Shown here piece by piece: positions 28,338-37,610 of a DNA stretch of 64,000 bases. A program made the translations under genes and the position numbers. Source of the DNA: a virus (lineage: Duplodnaviria; Caudoviricetes); the IMG/VR virus record IMGVR_UViG_3300047375_000738; one strand, written 5' to 3'. Below the pieces are notes generated by a model. It was not told the DNA's origin and ran no database searches. It worked only from the letters and a program-made list of their open reading frames with translations. The stretch's first letter is position 1; each line of letters opens with the position of its first letter.

Positions 28338-29857
28338 TTTATGATGTAGTGCTATTTACAGAATGCAATGGTAGTATAGGTTGGGGCAGAGATGCAGGCG
28401 CCTACACAGTTGCCAGCAGACTACGTGAAACAGGACACAACGTTAAAGTTATAGATTTCTTTAGTCATTTTACTGAAGAACGGTTTAAACGTGCTATAGA
28501 TTTATATGTAAGCAAACAAACAAAGTTTCTAGGATTTAGTAGTACACATTTTAGTACACTAATGCCAGAAGACTGGGAAACACATTGGAGTGCAGATAGT
28601 AGAACACGCAAAAGTAATATGTGGAATGTATACTTTCCTTTTTCACCAGAAGAAGTTTCTAAATGGTTTGATAATGCAAAAGCCAAATATCCTAATATAA
28701 AGATAGTTGTAGGTGGCCAGAAGGTTGCACAAAAAAGAGCATTGCAAAAAAAGTATCCTATGGTAGACTTATGGGTAGGAGGTATGGCCGATAAAAGTGT
28801 GTTAGGATTAATGGAACAGTTTCCTGACACCAACTTTGTTAAGTCAGAACTTGATTATGGTAGCATGACAGAGCAAGAGTTTAGGTATAGTAAAATACAT
28901 TGGACTGACGATGACTATATATTTCCACATGAAGCACTACCATTAGAAATCAGTAGAGGTTGTCCCTTTAACTGTGCCTTTTGTGACTACCCTAAAAAAG
29001 CAGTAAACAGTTGGACCTTGGACGAAACACATTTGCGAGATGTACTAATAGAAAACTACGAACGTTTTGGTACACAGCACTACATGATTACCGATTATCA
29101 GCTCAACGAAAACATGCGAAAGATGAGTCTAATACACAATGTATTTACTAACCTACCTTTTGATATTACATGGAGTGGTTTTGGCAGACTTGATTTGTTA
29201 TACCAAAAGCCTGAAATGATTAGTATGATACAAGAAAGTGGCTGCCGCAGTATACAATGGGGAATAGAAACAGTTACAGATCAGGTAGGGCCTCTTATAG
29301 GCAAAGTAACCAAACGTTATATTATCGAAAGTGCATTAGAACAATGTAAAAGTGCATGGGGAGATAGTATAGTACAAGGCAGCGGATTCATACTAGGATT
29401 ACCAGGAGAAACAAAGTCTAGTTGTATTGAACTAGTAGATTGGATTAGTACACAGCCATGGCTTGATGCTTGGGAGATAACTCCTCTATATATTGGCGGA
29501 TATGATCCTAACAAAGAATATACTATTGATTATAGTAGAATACAACGCAATCCTGAAAAATACGGATACACAGTTACACTTGAAAAGAATGCAAACGGCA
29601 TATATGTTGAAGACTGGAAAAACGGTGACATGACAAAGTCAGACATGATAAATATTATCGAGCAAGCACAAAAAGGTACTGCTTGGCAAAAACGTATTAT
29701 GACATCATATTTAGGATACAGTCGTGCTAGTAATTTAAGATTTACACACAGTGAGATTATTAGTGCAGATAAAAATAATACCACATGGATTAGACAACAC
29801 GCTAATAATTATAATCAACTAGCAAATGAATATTTAAGGAAAAATAACTTATTATGA
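28334..29857 (+). CDS. Cobalamin-binding-type radical SAM protein
   Basis: GHNVKVIDF...IVVGG; EISRGCPFNCAFC; WGIET; FILGLPGET. Confidence 0.85.
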   Translation: MIYDVVLFTECNGSIGWGRDAGAYTVASRLRETGHNVKVIDFFSHFTEERFKRAIDLYVSKQTKFLGFSSTHFSTLMPEDWETHWSADSRTRKSNMWNVYFPFSPEEVSKWFDNAKAKYPNIKIVVGGQKVAQKRALQKKYPMVDLWVGGMADKSVLGLMEQFPDTNFVKSELDYGSMTEQEFRYSKIHWTDDDYIFPHEALPLEISRGCPFNCAFCDYPKKAVNSWTLDETHLRDVLIENYERFGTQHYMITDYQLNENMRKMSLIHNVFTNLPFDITWSGFGRLDLLYQKPEMISMIQESGCRSIQWGIETVTDQVGPLIGKVTKRYIIESALEQCKSAWGDSIVQGSGFILGLPGETKSSCIELVDWISTQPWLDAWEITPLYIGGYDPNKEYTIDYSRIQRNPEKYGYTVTLEKNANGIYVEDWKNGDMTKSDMINIIEQAQKGTAWQKRIMTSYLGYSRASNLRFTHSEIISADKNNTTWIRQHANNYNQLANEYLRKNNLL

Positions 29858-31611
29858 GTAGAGTAATTATATTAAATGATATTTATGATGTTAGAGGCAC
29901 CGGAGGTGTGAAGTTTCGCCAACATTTTTGCACCGACGAAGAACGTGAAGATATGGTTGAAAAGCATGTGTTTGATAAGAGTGTTGAAAAAGAATTAAAC
30001 AACACTGCACCTGCTAATGGAAACTATACCAGTGGACGATATGAAGGAAATAGCAAGTACAACTTTTGGTCTCGTTATATGGGTCCATACTGTGTAGCAA
30101 ATAGCATTCGAGAAAATTGTCCTCAAATGGATGTTGTTGTTTTAGATTATTTTACAAAACTAGATAACTTTTTTGAAGTATTTGAACAACTAGTAACACC
30201 TGATACTGAATACGTTGCACTTAGTGTAACATTTTTAAATAATCCATTTAATCCAAAACAAAAAGATTTTAACCTATGGCACTTTAGTCAAGAAGAATGT
30301 TTAGATTGGTTCCAACGTGTAAAAGAAATTGCTCCTAAAGCACAGATTATAATAGGTGGCGCTATTGTAGATACTATCTATAAACAACAAATAGTACAGA
30401 AAAAAAAGATGCCTATGGCGCCTGTAATATTAAAGTATGTTGATTATATGTTTCATGGTTATAGTGAAAATACCATTGTTGATTTTTTTAATAATAATCT
30501 AGATCCAAGTCAAGTAATTGAAAAAGACAGTGTAATTTTTATCAATGAACCTGCACTTGCTGGCAGAGGCGCTGTAGTAAATCAAACCAAATGGTCAGTA
30601 AAAGATTGTGTACAACCGGGAGAATGGTTGCCGTTAGAAATATCAAAAGGCTGTAGATTTGGTTGTAAGTTTTGTTTTTATGATACACATGGTACAGTTA
30701 TTAAAAGTCCCGAATGTTTGAAACAAGAACTACTGTATAACTATGAGCACTTTGGAACTACAGGTTACCAACTTACTGACGATACAGTAAATGATAGTTT
30801 AGAAAAAATTGAAATGATGCATAGTGTAATTACTAGTTTACCATTTAAGATTGAATGGATAAGTTATGCTAGACCTGATATGTTTCATAAGTATCCCCAA
30901 ATGCTACCATTGATGTTAGAAATGGGATGTAGAGGAATGTTTTTAGGTATTGAAACTTTGAATCATACAGCAGGTAAAATATGTGGAAAAGGATTAGATC
31001 CACAAAAAATTAAAGGCATAATAAAATGGATAAGAGAAACAGCAGGTGAGGAAGTATTTTTAACAGGCAGTTTCATTATTGGTCTTGTAGGTGAAACTGA
31101 AGAAAGCCTTATGGACACAGCAAGTTGGCTGAAAGAACAACAATATTTAAATAAAGCACAATATGAAATATTGTTTATAGCAGATGACGGTGGCCGAACA
31201 AGTAATCAGTTTAGTGAATCACAAGGCAAATATGGTATACATGAATTAAGATGGAACCCTGAATATTATTGGAAACATGCTACAATGGATTTAATAAGAG
31301 CAAAAGAAATAGCATTACAATGGGAAGATATGTTATCGGATCATTCATATACTGGGTTTGAACGTCATGCAGATTACAATACTAGTTTTTGGGCGTATCC
31401 TAGATTGCGTAGTTTTGGCCTCAACCATAATACAGCAACTAAGGTTTTAAGTTCTACACAGATTCCTGATATAGTTTATGACAAAAATCTTGAATGGATT
31501 TCAAAATATCATTCAGATATTATTAACACAAATCAACTTAGTGTTGAAGCTAAGTTGGTAGACTTATCACCTAATAATATGCGAGCATCATTTGGTCATA
31601 CCGGAGCATAA
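29854..31611 (+). CDS. Cobalamin-binding-type radical SAM protein
   Basis: VVVLDY...IIIGGA; EISKGCRFGCKFC; LTDDTVN; LGIET; FIIGLVGET. Confidence 0.85.
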   Translation: MSRVIILNDIYDVRGTGGVKFRQHFCTDEEREDMVEKHVFDKSVEKELNNTAPANGNYTSGRYEGNSKYNFWSRYMGPYCVANSIRENCPQMDVVVLDYFTKLDNFFEVFEQLVTPDTEYVALSVTFLNNPFNPKQKDFNLWHFSQEECLDWFQRVKEIAPKAQIIIGGAIVDTIYKQQIVQKKKMPMAPVILKYVDYMFHGYSENTIVDFFNNNLDPSQVIEKDSVIFINEPALAGRGAVVNQTKWSVKDCVQPGEWLPLEISKGCRFGCKFCFYDTHGTVIKSPECLKQELLYNYEHFGTTGYQLTDDTVNDSLEKIEMMHSVITSLPFKIEWISYARPDMFHKYPQMLPLMLEMGCRGMFLGIETLNHTAGKICGKGLDPQKIKGIIKWIRETAGEEVFLTGSFIIGLVGETEESLMDTASWLKEQQYLNKAQYEILFIADDGGRTSNQFSESQGKYGIHELRWNPEYYWKHATMDLIRAKEIALQWEDMLSDHSYTGFERHADYNTSFWAYPRLRSFGLNHNTATKVLSSTQIPDIVYDKNLEWISKYHSDIINTNQLSVEAKLVDLSPNNMRASFGHTGA

Positions 31612-31614
31612 AAT

Positions 31615-32244
31615 ATGGCAGACGCAAAGTTTATAGAACCTTTATTTGATACTCAATATTTCAAACAGTTATTCTTTTCAAAAATCAATCAGCATGTACA
31701 AACTGAATTAAGCTCAGTGATAAATGACTGGATTATGATTAATCTTTACAACCCAACACAAGAGTATCACGAAACACAAACTGGAAGTGAATTTGTTTGG
31801 ACGAACGATTATCACTGTATGGATAAGCAAGTATTCACATCAGTTTTGCATATGGCACAAGATGGAACAATACTCTTTGAAGACGGATACAAAAATATTC
31901 CTGTACATATTTTTGATCATGACAGCATAGCAGATAACTCTTATTATTATGATCAGTGTAAAAACAAAAAATTCAAATATCTTTGGTATAGTATTCACAA
32001 GGGTCCGCATGAATTACCTATGCATGTTGACAAAGATAGCCCTATAAGATATGTACAAGTTATACATAAAAATAGCAATCACACTGATTGGACTTACAAT
32101 GGAAAAGAGTTGCGTTTAAAAGAAGGCGATGCATTTCTTTTTGATCCTAAATTTACCCACAGCATTATTACAAAACGTAGTTGTGAGAGTATATTTTTAA
32201 TTGCTGATTGCATAGAAGAAACAATTGACAAATTCAATGTCTAA
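31615..32244 (+). CDS. AspH-like Fe/2OG cupin
   Basis: PMHVD...GDAFLFDPKFTHS. Confidence 0.6.
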   Translation: MADAKFIEPLFDTQYFKQLFFSKINQHVQTELSSVINDWIMINLYNPTQEYHETQTGSEFVWTNDYHCMDKQVFTSVLHMAQDGTILFEDGYKNIPVHIFDHDSIADNSYYYDQCKNKKFKYLWYSIHKGPHELPMHVDKDSPIRYVQVIHKNSNHTDWTYNGKELRLKEGDAFLFDPKFTHSIITKRSCESIFLIADCIEETIDKFNV

Positions 32245-33283
32245 ACAAATATTTTCTTATTCAAATCATAGTAGATTCACAAATCCAGAAGTTTTTGTTT
32301 CTGGAAAAAATGATACTGTAACAAACGCCGACGGTAAGACATATATTGATTGTAACAGTGGATTATGGAATGTAAACTTTGGATACAATAATCCAATGTA
32401 TACTCCTACAACTGACTTACATTATTATCCAACACATTTTTGGAGTAGCACCGAATCAACAGAACTTGCTGCTGAACAAATATGTAAATGGTTTGGATAC
32501 GATAGAGTATTTTTTGGGCATAGTGGAAGTGATGCTATTGATACTTCTATATACATTGCAAAATATTATACAAGTAAAAAAGACATTTTAGCATACAGTG
32601 TAGGCTATCATGGTACAAACACTCAAGCAAGTGTGTATGACAGCTACACGGCGCTGTTAGACGCTGTAAACAGCAACACAGCAGCAGTTATTATAGAGCC
32701 TATAATGATTACAAATGGTGTTATAGAGTTTGATAAACAAGTATTGCAACAACTATTTGATTTAAAACAGCAGTATGGGTTTTGTATTATATTTGACGAG
32801 ACTGTCACTGCATTAGGACGAGGCGATTATAGTTTTGATTACAGACCAGATATACTTATTGCAAGTAAAGGATTAACCAATGGAGTATTTCCTTTAAGTG
32901 CTACAATGGTAAACGCTGATATTGGAAGTTATATTAAAAATACAGATAGAGTATTTTCGCATGGATATACAATGAGTGGCCATCCACAAGGCAGTCATGC
33001 ACTATTAAAAACTATAAAACAAGTTGAAAAAACAAAACATCAATTGGTAGATTTACAAAATAATTTTTGTAAACAATTAAATGAACGTGACTTAGATTAC
33101 ACAAACAAAGGATTGGTGTTTGGTATTCATGTTAACAACGGTATATACATTCGTCGTGAACTTCAGCAACACGGATATCTTATTCGTCAAGCAAATAACA
33201 CATTGTTATTTCTACCTATGTTTATTGCTGATAATAATGATTATACTAGATTTTTTGATCTTGTAGCCACTTTGTCAAAATAG
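32237..33283 (+). CDS. Class III PLP aminotransferase (omega-amine/polyamine type)
   Basis: DCNSGLWNVNFG, SGSDAID, YHG, AAVIIEPI, FDETVTALGR, ASKGLTNG (PLP Lys), HGYTMSGHP. Start reassigned to ATG 32237. Confidence 0.88.
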   Translation: MSKQIFSYSNHSRFTNPEVFVSGKNDTVTNADGKTYIDCNSGLWNVNFGYNNPMYTPTTDLHYYPTHFWSSTESTELAAEQICKWFGYDRVFFGHSGSDAIDTSIYIAKYYTSKKDILAYSVGYHGTNTQASVYDSYTALLDAVNSNTAAVIIEPIMITNGVIEFDKQVLQQLFDLKQQYGFCIIFDETVTALGRGDYSFDYRPDILIASKGLTNGVFPLSATMVNADIGSYIKNTDRVFSHGYTMSGHPQGSHALLKTIKQVEKTKHQLVDLQNNFCKQLNERDLDYTNKGLVFGIHVNNGIYIRRELQQHGYLIRQANNTLLFLPMFIADNNDYTRFFDLVATLSK

Positions 33284-33785
33284 TACCACTAACACGATAG
33301 TTGTATAGTTCGGGTAGTTTGTGTATTAACCAATCCTTGCCAGTTATATGCTTTCGACATTGGCTTGCACCACAGCAGCATTTATCAATAATAGTATAAT
33401 CGTGATCAATAAACCCAGCATAATCTACAGTTATTTGTTCGTTTACATTAATGTCACGCAATGCAATGATTAAGTTTTCTTGAACGTATGCTGTAGGGTC
33501 GCAACTATGATTGTGGCAACCATTTAGCCAATATTTCAATCCACCTTGAAAGTGCCATGCACTGTTTACTAAATGAAAATAATCTTGTTTGTATACAGAT
33601 CTTTCTTCTTCGGTTAACCACATACCGCCCACACGATAAATGATATCTCCTTCTTTGATATCTTGAGTAGCAAACTTTCCATAGCCAACTGTATCATTAA
33701 TAAATTGCAACTCACTAGTATTACTACTAAGTCCTAAACTTATTTCGTGTGTATTTAAATATTCAATGAGCTTGTGTTTATTCAT
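33246..33785 (-). CDS. SET-domain protein with post-SET Cys motif
   Basis: GYGKFATQDIKEG, NHSCDP, ALRDI...EQITVDY, CCCGASQCR. Confidence 0.88.
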   Translation of the reverse strand: MNKHKLIEYLNTHEISLGLSSNTSELQFINDTVGYGKFATQDIKEGDIIYRVGGMWLTEEERSVYKQDYFHLVNSAWHFQGGLKYWLNGCHNHSCDPTAYVQENLIIALRDINVNEQITVDYAGFIDHDYTIIDKCCCGASQCRKHITGKDWLIHKLPELYNYRVSGTILTKWLQDQKI

Positions 33786-34665
33786 ATTTTATAGGTCTTA
33801 ATAGTTCTACACCAAACATCGGAATATATTCTTCAAACGGTATTAGTTGCTCGCCGTTATCACCTAAGTTTAATGCTAATAGTTTGTCTCTGTATTCTTT
33901 ATCTAAATCCATCATTAGTTCAAAGCCGGTAAGTTTGCCTCTAGGCTCAACATCAAAATCTTCAGCAATAATACTTGGTTTAATCTTTTTACTGTTTATA
34001 TATCTATCTTTGAAAGCTGTTTCTACCCAACGATATACACTTTCTTTTTGTAAGTAACTTATCATAGTTTCTGGTGTATATTGGAAAAAACTAGGAATAC
34101 ATTCTCTCTGTATATCTCGGAAATATGTATATAATGTAGTAACCCTAGCTTCTTCGCAATCATATACAGGCTTTTTTCCTATTTGGCGTATCAAGTAGTT
34201 TTCACCACCACCAAATACAGGTATACCATCCAAACGGTTGGCAAAGTAATAATACAAGTTTAGTTGAGGACTACTACAACGTGTGACTTGTGCAAAATCT
34301 ATTAACTGTGTTTTATAAAAATTTTCCACATTGATATCAATAATATCAGGAGATATACCTCTAGCTGCACATATTCTTAATGCATAGTTTATATCATGTA
34401 AGTTAAGATTTCGCTCATATTTAAATATAGCTACTCTAGGAGTTATGCCACATGCAATAAAACTATGTAACATAACTTCGCTGTCAAGGCCACCGCTTAA
34501 CAATAAAACAAGGTTGTCTCCGTGTAAATCATAAAGTTGCTGCGCTGTAGATTTACATTCATCTCTCCACGAACTATGAGAAGTCACAGTTCCGTGTTTA
34601 AAATAAAAGTCATCGTCACATGTAAATCCAACATTTACATGATTGTTTTTTGTATATTCGAACAT
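33778..34665 (-). CDS. PP-loop (asparagine synthase/N-type ATP pyrophosphatase-like) protein
   Basis: LLLSGGLDSE; GGGEN; C-terminal RGKLTGFE. Confidence 0.65.
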   Translation of the reverse strand: MFEYTKNNHVNVGFTCDDDFYFKHGTVTSHSSWRDECKSTAQQLYDLHGDNLVLLLSGGLDSEVMLHSFIACGITPRVAIFKYERNLNLHDINYALRICAARGISPDIIDINVENFYKTQLIDFAQVTRCSSPQLNLYYYFANRLDGIPVFGGGENYLIRQIGKKPVYDCEEARVTTLYTYFRDIQRECIPSFFQYTPETMISYLQKESVYRWVETAFKDRYINSKKIKPSIIAEDFDVEPRGKLTGFELMMDLDKEYRDKLLALNLGDNGEQLIPFEEYIPMFGVELLRPIKYE

Positions 34666-34671
34666 AATAGT

Positions 34672-34700
34672 ATTATAACAAACTATTGATAGATTGTCAA
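34672..34700 (-). promoter_or_regulatory. Consensus sigma70 promoter, leaderless
   Basis: Minus strand TTGACA (34700-34695), 17 nt, TATAAT (34677-34672); ATG 6 nt later at 34665. Confidence 0.85.
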
Positions 34701-37600
34701 GTCCTTGTTAGAGAACCTTTCATGCCCATATTTTCGCTACTTTTCCACAACGGTGAATAAAGTATTCTATTAGGGCTTCTAGTAATACTATCGTCATCGC
34801 CCCAGGCCTGTTTAGGTAATACTGTAATAGTATTGTTCATTCCAGAGTGCGCACTACACTGATAGTAATATACCCCTGGCACTGTAGGGGTCCAACTTAC
34901 ATCTCCAAGAGTTGATCCTTGCCCAGTTGCTGCTGGAGTAGTGACTTGATCTCCTGTTCCTCCACCTTGTGTGTGCTTAATATACAAAGGATGTGAATTT
35001 GTATTATTTGTAAGAGTAATAGTATCACCTTCGTAGATAGTTATAGTTGGGTTATCGCCAACTACATTTCCTCCTGATCTATCTGCAGTACTAGTAAATG
35101 TATAGGCAATTGCTCCATTTGATGTAGGAATAGGAAATGTGAATGACGCAGCAGTGGCTTCAGTTTGTGAATCTACAAATAACTTATCTGTTGTTGCGTT
35201 ATTGTGAATGTACGTTTTCATCTGTGCCGGTGTCATGCCTGGATTAGCCTGAAGCACACTTGCTACCATTCCTGCTACTTGTGGAGATGCCATACTAGTA
35301 CCTGATATTTTCATGTATTCGTCTGTAGCACTCGAACCTGTAATAGGCGATTGTACTGTACTTGCACTTGCTTCAGTGCCATCAGTTAAATCACACGCAC
35401 CTGACTTGTCTGTACTAGCACAACTCATAATACTTGTTCCTGGCGCAAAAATATCAACTCCTGGGCCATGACAACTTGACTCTGCTTTTTGTTCTAACGA
35501 TCCTTGATAACTAGTATCTATATTACCTACCATGAATGCATCGGTGGTATATGGACTGCTACCTCTGTATGGAGTTTCTGCGCCATTGCCCACAGTGATT
35601 GTATCATTCCAGTTGTCGCCTGTAGCGGTATCAATGTACCAATAGCTGTTACCTGCTGCTATACAGAAGTGTATACCTGCTGCTATACATTCTTCAACAT
35701 CAGCATCTACACTTGCTACTCTAACATTAAGTCTTCTAGCTGTACCGCTACTAAAGTACTGCGGAATAATACCAAAATATGTATACCAGTCTGCGTCACT
35801 GTTGGCCACACCATTGGTTCCTGGTGTTAAACTATTACCTCTATAGCTTATAGCAGTAGGGTCAGTACTACGTGTTCCGCTATATCCCCAACTAGCATTG
35901 ACTACTGTAGGGCGCTTAAATCCAGTCTTAGGGTCCACTGGCTTGTTGTTGTGCCAGCCTTTAATAACATCAAAACAATCGCTTACACTAATTCCGCCAC
36001 TATCGCCGGCGCCTTCTAATCCGCCAACTTTTACACTATATATGTCAGCATCTCGTGCCCAGCCTAGTGTGCGCCCTGCTACAGTACCAGCACAATGTGA
36101 TCCGTGTCCATTATAGTCTCTATAATGGTTTGCACTCATTGTACCGCTTACACCACTGTGATCGTACCAATCGATTTCTTTTACTCTACTTAGTGCATCT
36201 GGTGAATATCCTGAGTGTCCTGCATCAAATGGATTGCCTGTGTCCCCGTCACCAAATAAACTCTGTATAGCTCTTTTAGAAACTTTAGCAATACATGGTT
36301 CGATATACTTTTTAAATAACGCATAACCTAACGGAAGTGTTGATTCAATTTGTGCTGGTGTTCTAACATCGTCTGTCCATTCAGGAGCAAGACTACCGCC
36401 ATCCCATAAACTTGAATAATCAAACATACAAAAGTTTAGTAGATACAAGTATTCTTTTGCTGCTACTTCAAATGCGTCTGAGTCAGTTTTCCACGCATTT
36501 GCTGGACTTTGATAACCCGATGGATCCCATTTGCTTGCGTCAAATGCTTCTTCCATTGCTGCGAATAGCTCGCCACTTTGCCAGTCAGCAGCTAAGTAAG
36601 CATACATTTTTAAATCATCTGCTGGCAGTCCGTGCATGTGTATTGTATGAAATATGTGTTCGATAACTTCTTGAGCATCAATATCACCAGTTCCTGGCGT
36701 GCCACTACTGTTTTGATACCATACCATATCGTTCATTTCGTGACTATCTAAAAAGTTAACATAACCAGCATACTGTGCTGCTCCTTCGTCTGTTAACCAA
36801 TTTGGTGTATATGAAGCACCGCCGCCATATCCAACACGTTGCGCTGTTTGTTTTCCTTGGTGCCAGCTAACTTCAGCATCGCCTCTAAGTGTAAGTATTA
36901 ATTTTTCTTGTATTGGAGGTGAAACATTTGCTGCTGTTGGATCAAGGAACCAATTATACATCTGGGCAACTTTATTACCCCATTCATCAGGCACTGTTGT
37001 TGCTCCACCAACTGCTCCAGCTAAAACAATTTTTACACCTTTTACTTGTATAGATCTGTCAAAAACTGCTCCGTTTGTACTATCAGATGTTATTGCACCT
37101 TTGTTGTACATATCGTTTGAATTGTAATTAATTTTTGTAAATTCTATATGATCGGATTGTAATCCCGAATCTTGTATTACAATGTCAACACCTTGCCCTG
37201 TTAGTGTATGCGGAAAGTCTGCTGTGACACTGGTTGTACCACTACCCCATAAGTCTTCTCTAACAACACATCTAGCATTACCCCAATTTAAATCTGCTGC
37301 GGTAATAGCACTGGTTTTTCTAAATGCATCGGTAACAAGTGCGTTATTACCAATTTCAATATCGTCTCTAAGTTCGGGCGGAATTTGTACATCAACTACT
37401 CTAGCATCACTACGTAACGCAACAGCTTCTTCGTCAGTCAAACTGTAATGTGTGTTACGCTGACTCAATGGTCTTGCGTTTGCTACTGCAACTGTGCGAT
37501 TAGGAATATCTCCTGCACCCGTGTTTGCAATCATTTCTGCATTGAATGCATCGTAGTCAACACCTGCTTCTAGTGTGACAATATATTCTTTTTCGCTCAT
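34697..37600 (-). CDS. Subtilisin-like S8 protease with a large insertion and a C-terminal cupredoxin-like domain
   Basis: Triad motifs DIVIQDSG, GHGSHCAG, SGTSMASP; oxyanion AAGN; C-terminal HPLYI...YYYQCSAHSGM. Confidence 0.88.
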   Translation of the reverse strand: MSEKEYIVTLEAGVDYDAFNAEMIANTGAGDIPNRTVAVANARPLSQRNTHYSLTDEEAVALRSDARVVDVQIPPELRDDIEIGNNALVTDAFRKTSAITAADLNWGNARCVVREDLWGSGTTSVTADFPHTLTGQGVDIVIQDSGLQSDHIEFTKINYNSNDMYNKGAITSDSTNGAVFDRSIQVKGVKIVLAGAVGGATTVPDEWGNKVAQMYNWFLDPTAANVSPPIQEKLILTLRGDAEVSWHQGKQTAQRVGYGGGASYTPNWLTDEGAAQYAGYVNFLDSHEMNDMVWYQNSSGTPGTGDIDAQEVIEHIFHTIHMHGLPADDLKMYAYLAADWQSGELFAAMEEAFDASKWDPSGYQSPANAWKTDSDAFEVAAKEYLYLLNFCMFDYSSLWDGGSLAPEWTDDVRTPAQIESTLPLGYALFKKYIEPCIAKVSKRAIQSLFGDGDTGNPFDAGHSGYSPDALSRVKEIDWYDHSGVSGTMSANHYRDYNGHGSHCAGTVAGRTLGWARDADIYSVKVGGLEGAGDSGGISVSDCFDVIKGWHNNKPVDPKTGFKRPTVVNASWGYSGTRSTDPTAISYRGNSLTPGTNGVANSDADWYTYFGIIPQYFSSGTARRLNVRVASVDADVEECIAAGIHFCIAAGNSYWYIDTATGDNWNDTITVGNGAETPYRGSSPYTTDAFMVGNIDTSYQGSLEQKAESSCHGPGVDIFAPGTSIMSCASTDKSGACDLTDGTEASASTVQSPITGSSATDEYMKISGTSMASPQVAGMVASVLQANPGMTPAQMKTYIHNNATTDKLFVDSQTEATAASFTFPIPTSNGAIAYTFTSTADRSGGNVVGDNPTITIYEGDTITLTNNTNSHPLYIKHTQGGGTGDQVTTPAATGQGSTLGDVSWTPTVPGVYYYQCSAHSGMNNTITVLPKQAWGDDDSITRSPNRILYSPLWKSSENMGMKGSLTRT

Positions 37601-37610
37601 TTAAGCCCCC

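Noticed and set aside
32225-32253. TTGACA at 32225 and at 20506 as promoters
   Set aside because: No acceptable -10 hexamer at 16-18 nt spacing.
36190-37135. Possible intein or intron in the S8 protease
   Set aside because: The frame is continuous, with no Cys/Ser start plus His-Asn end and no LAGLIDADG or HNH motif; treated as a domain insertion.
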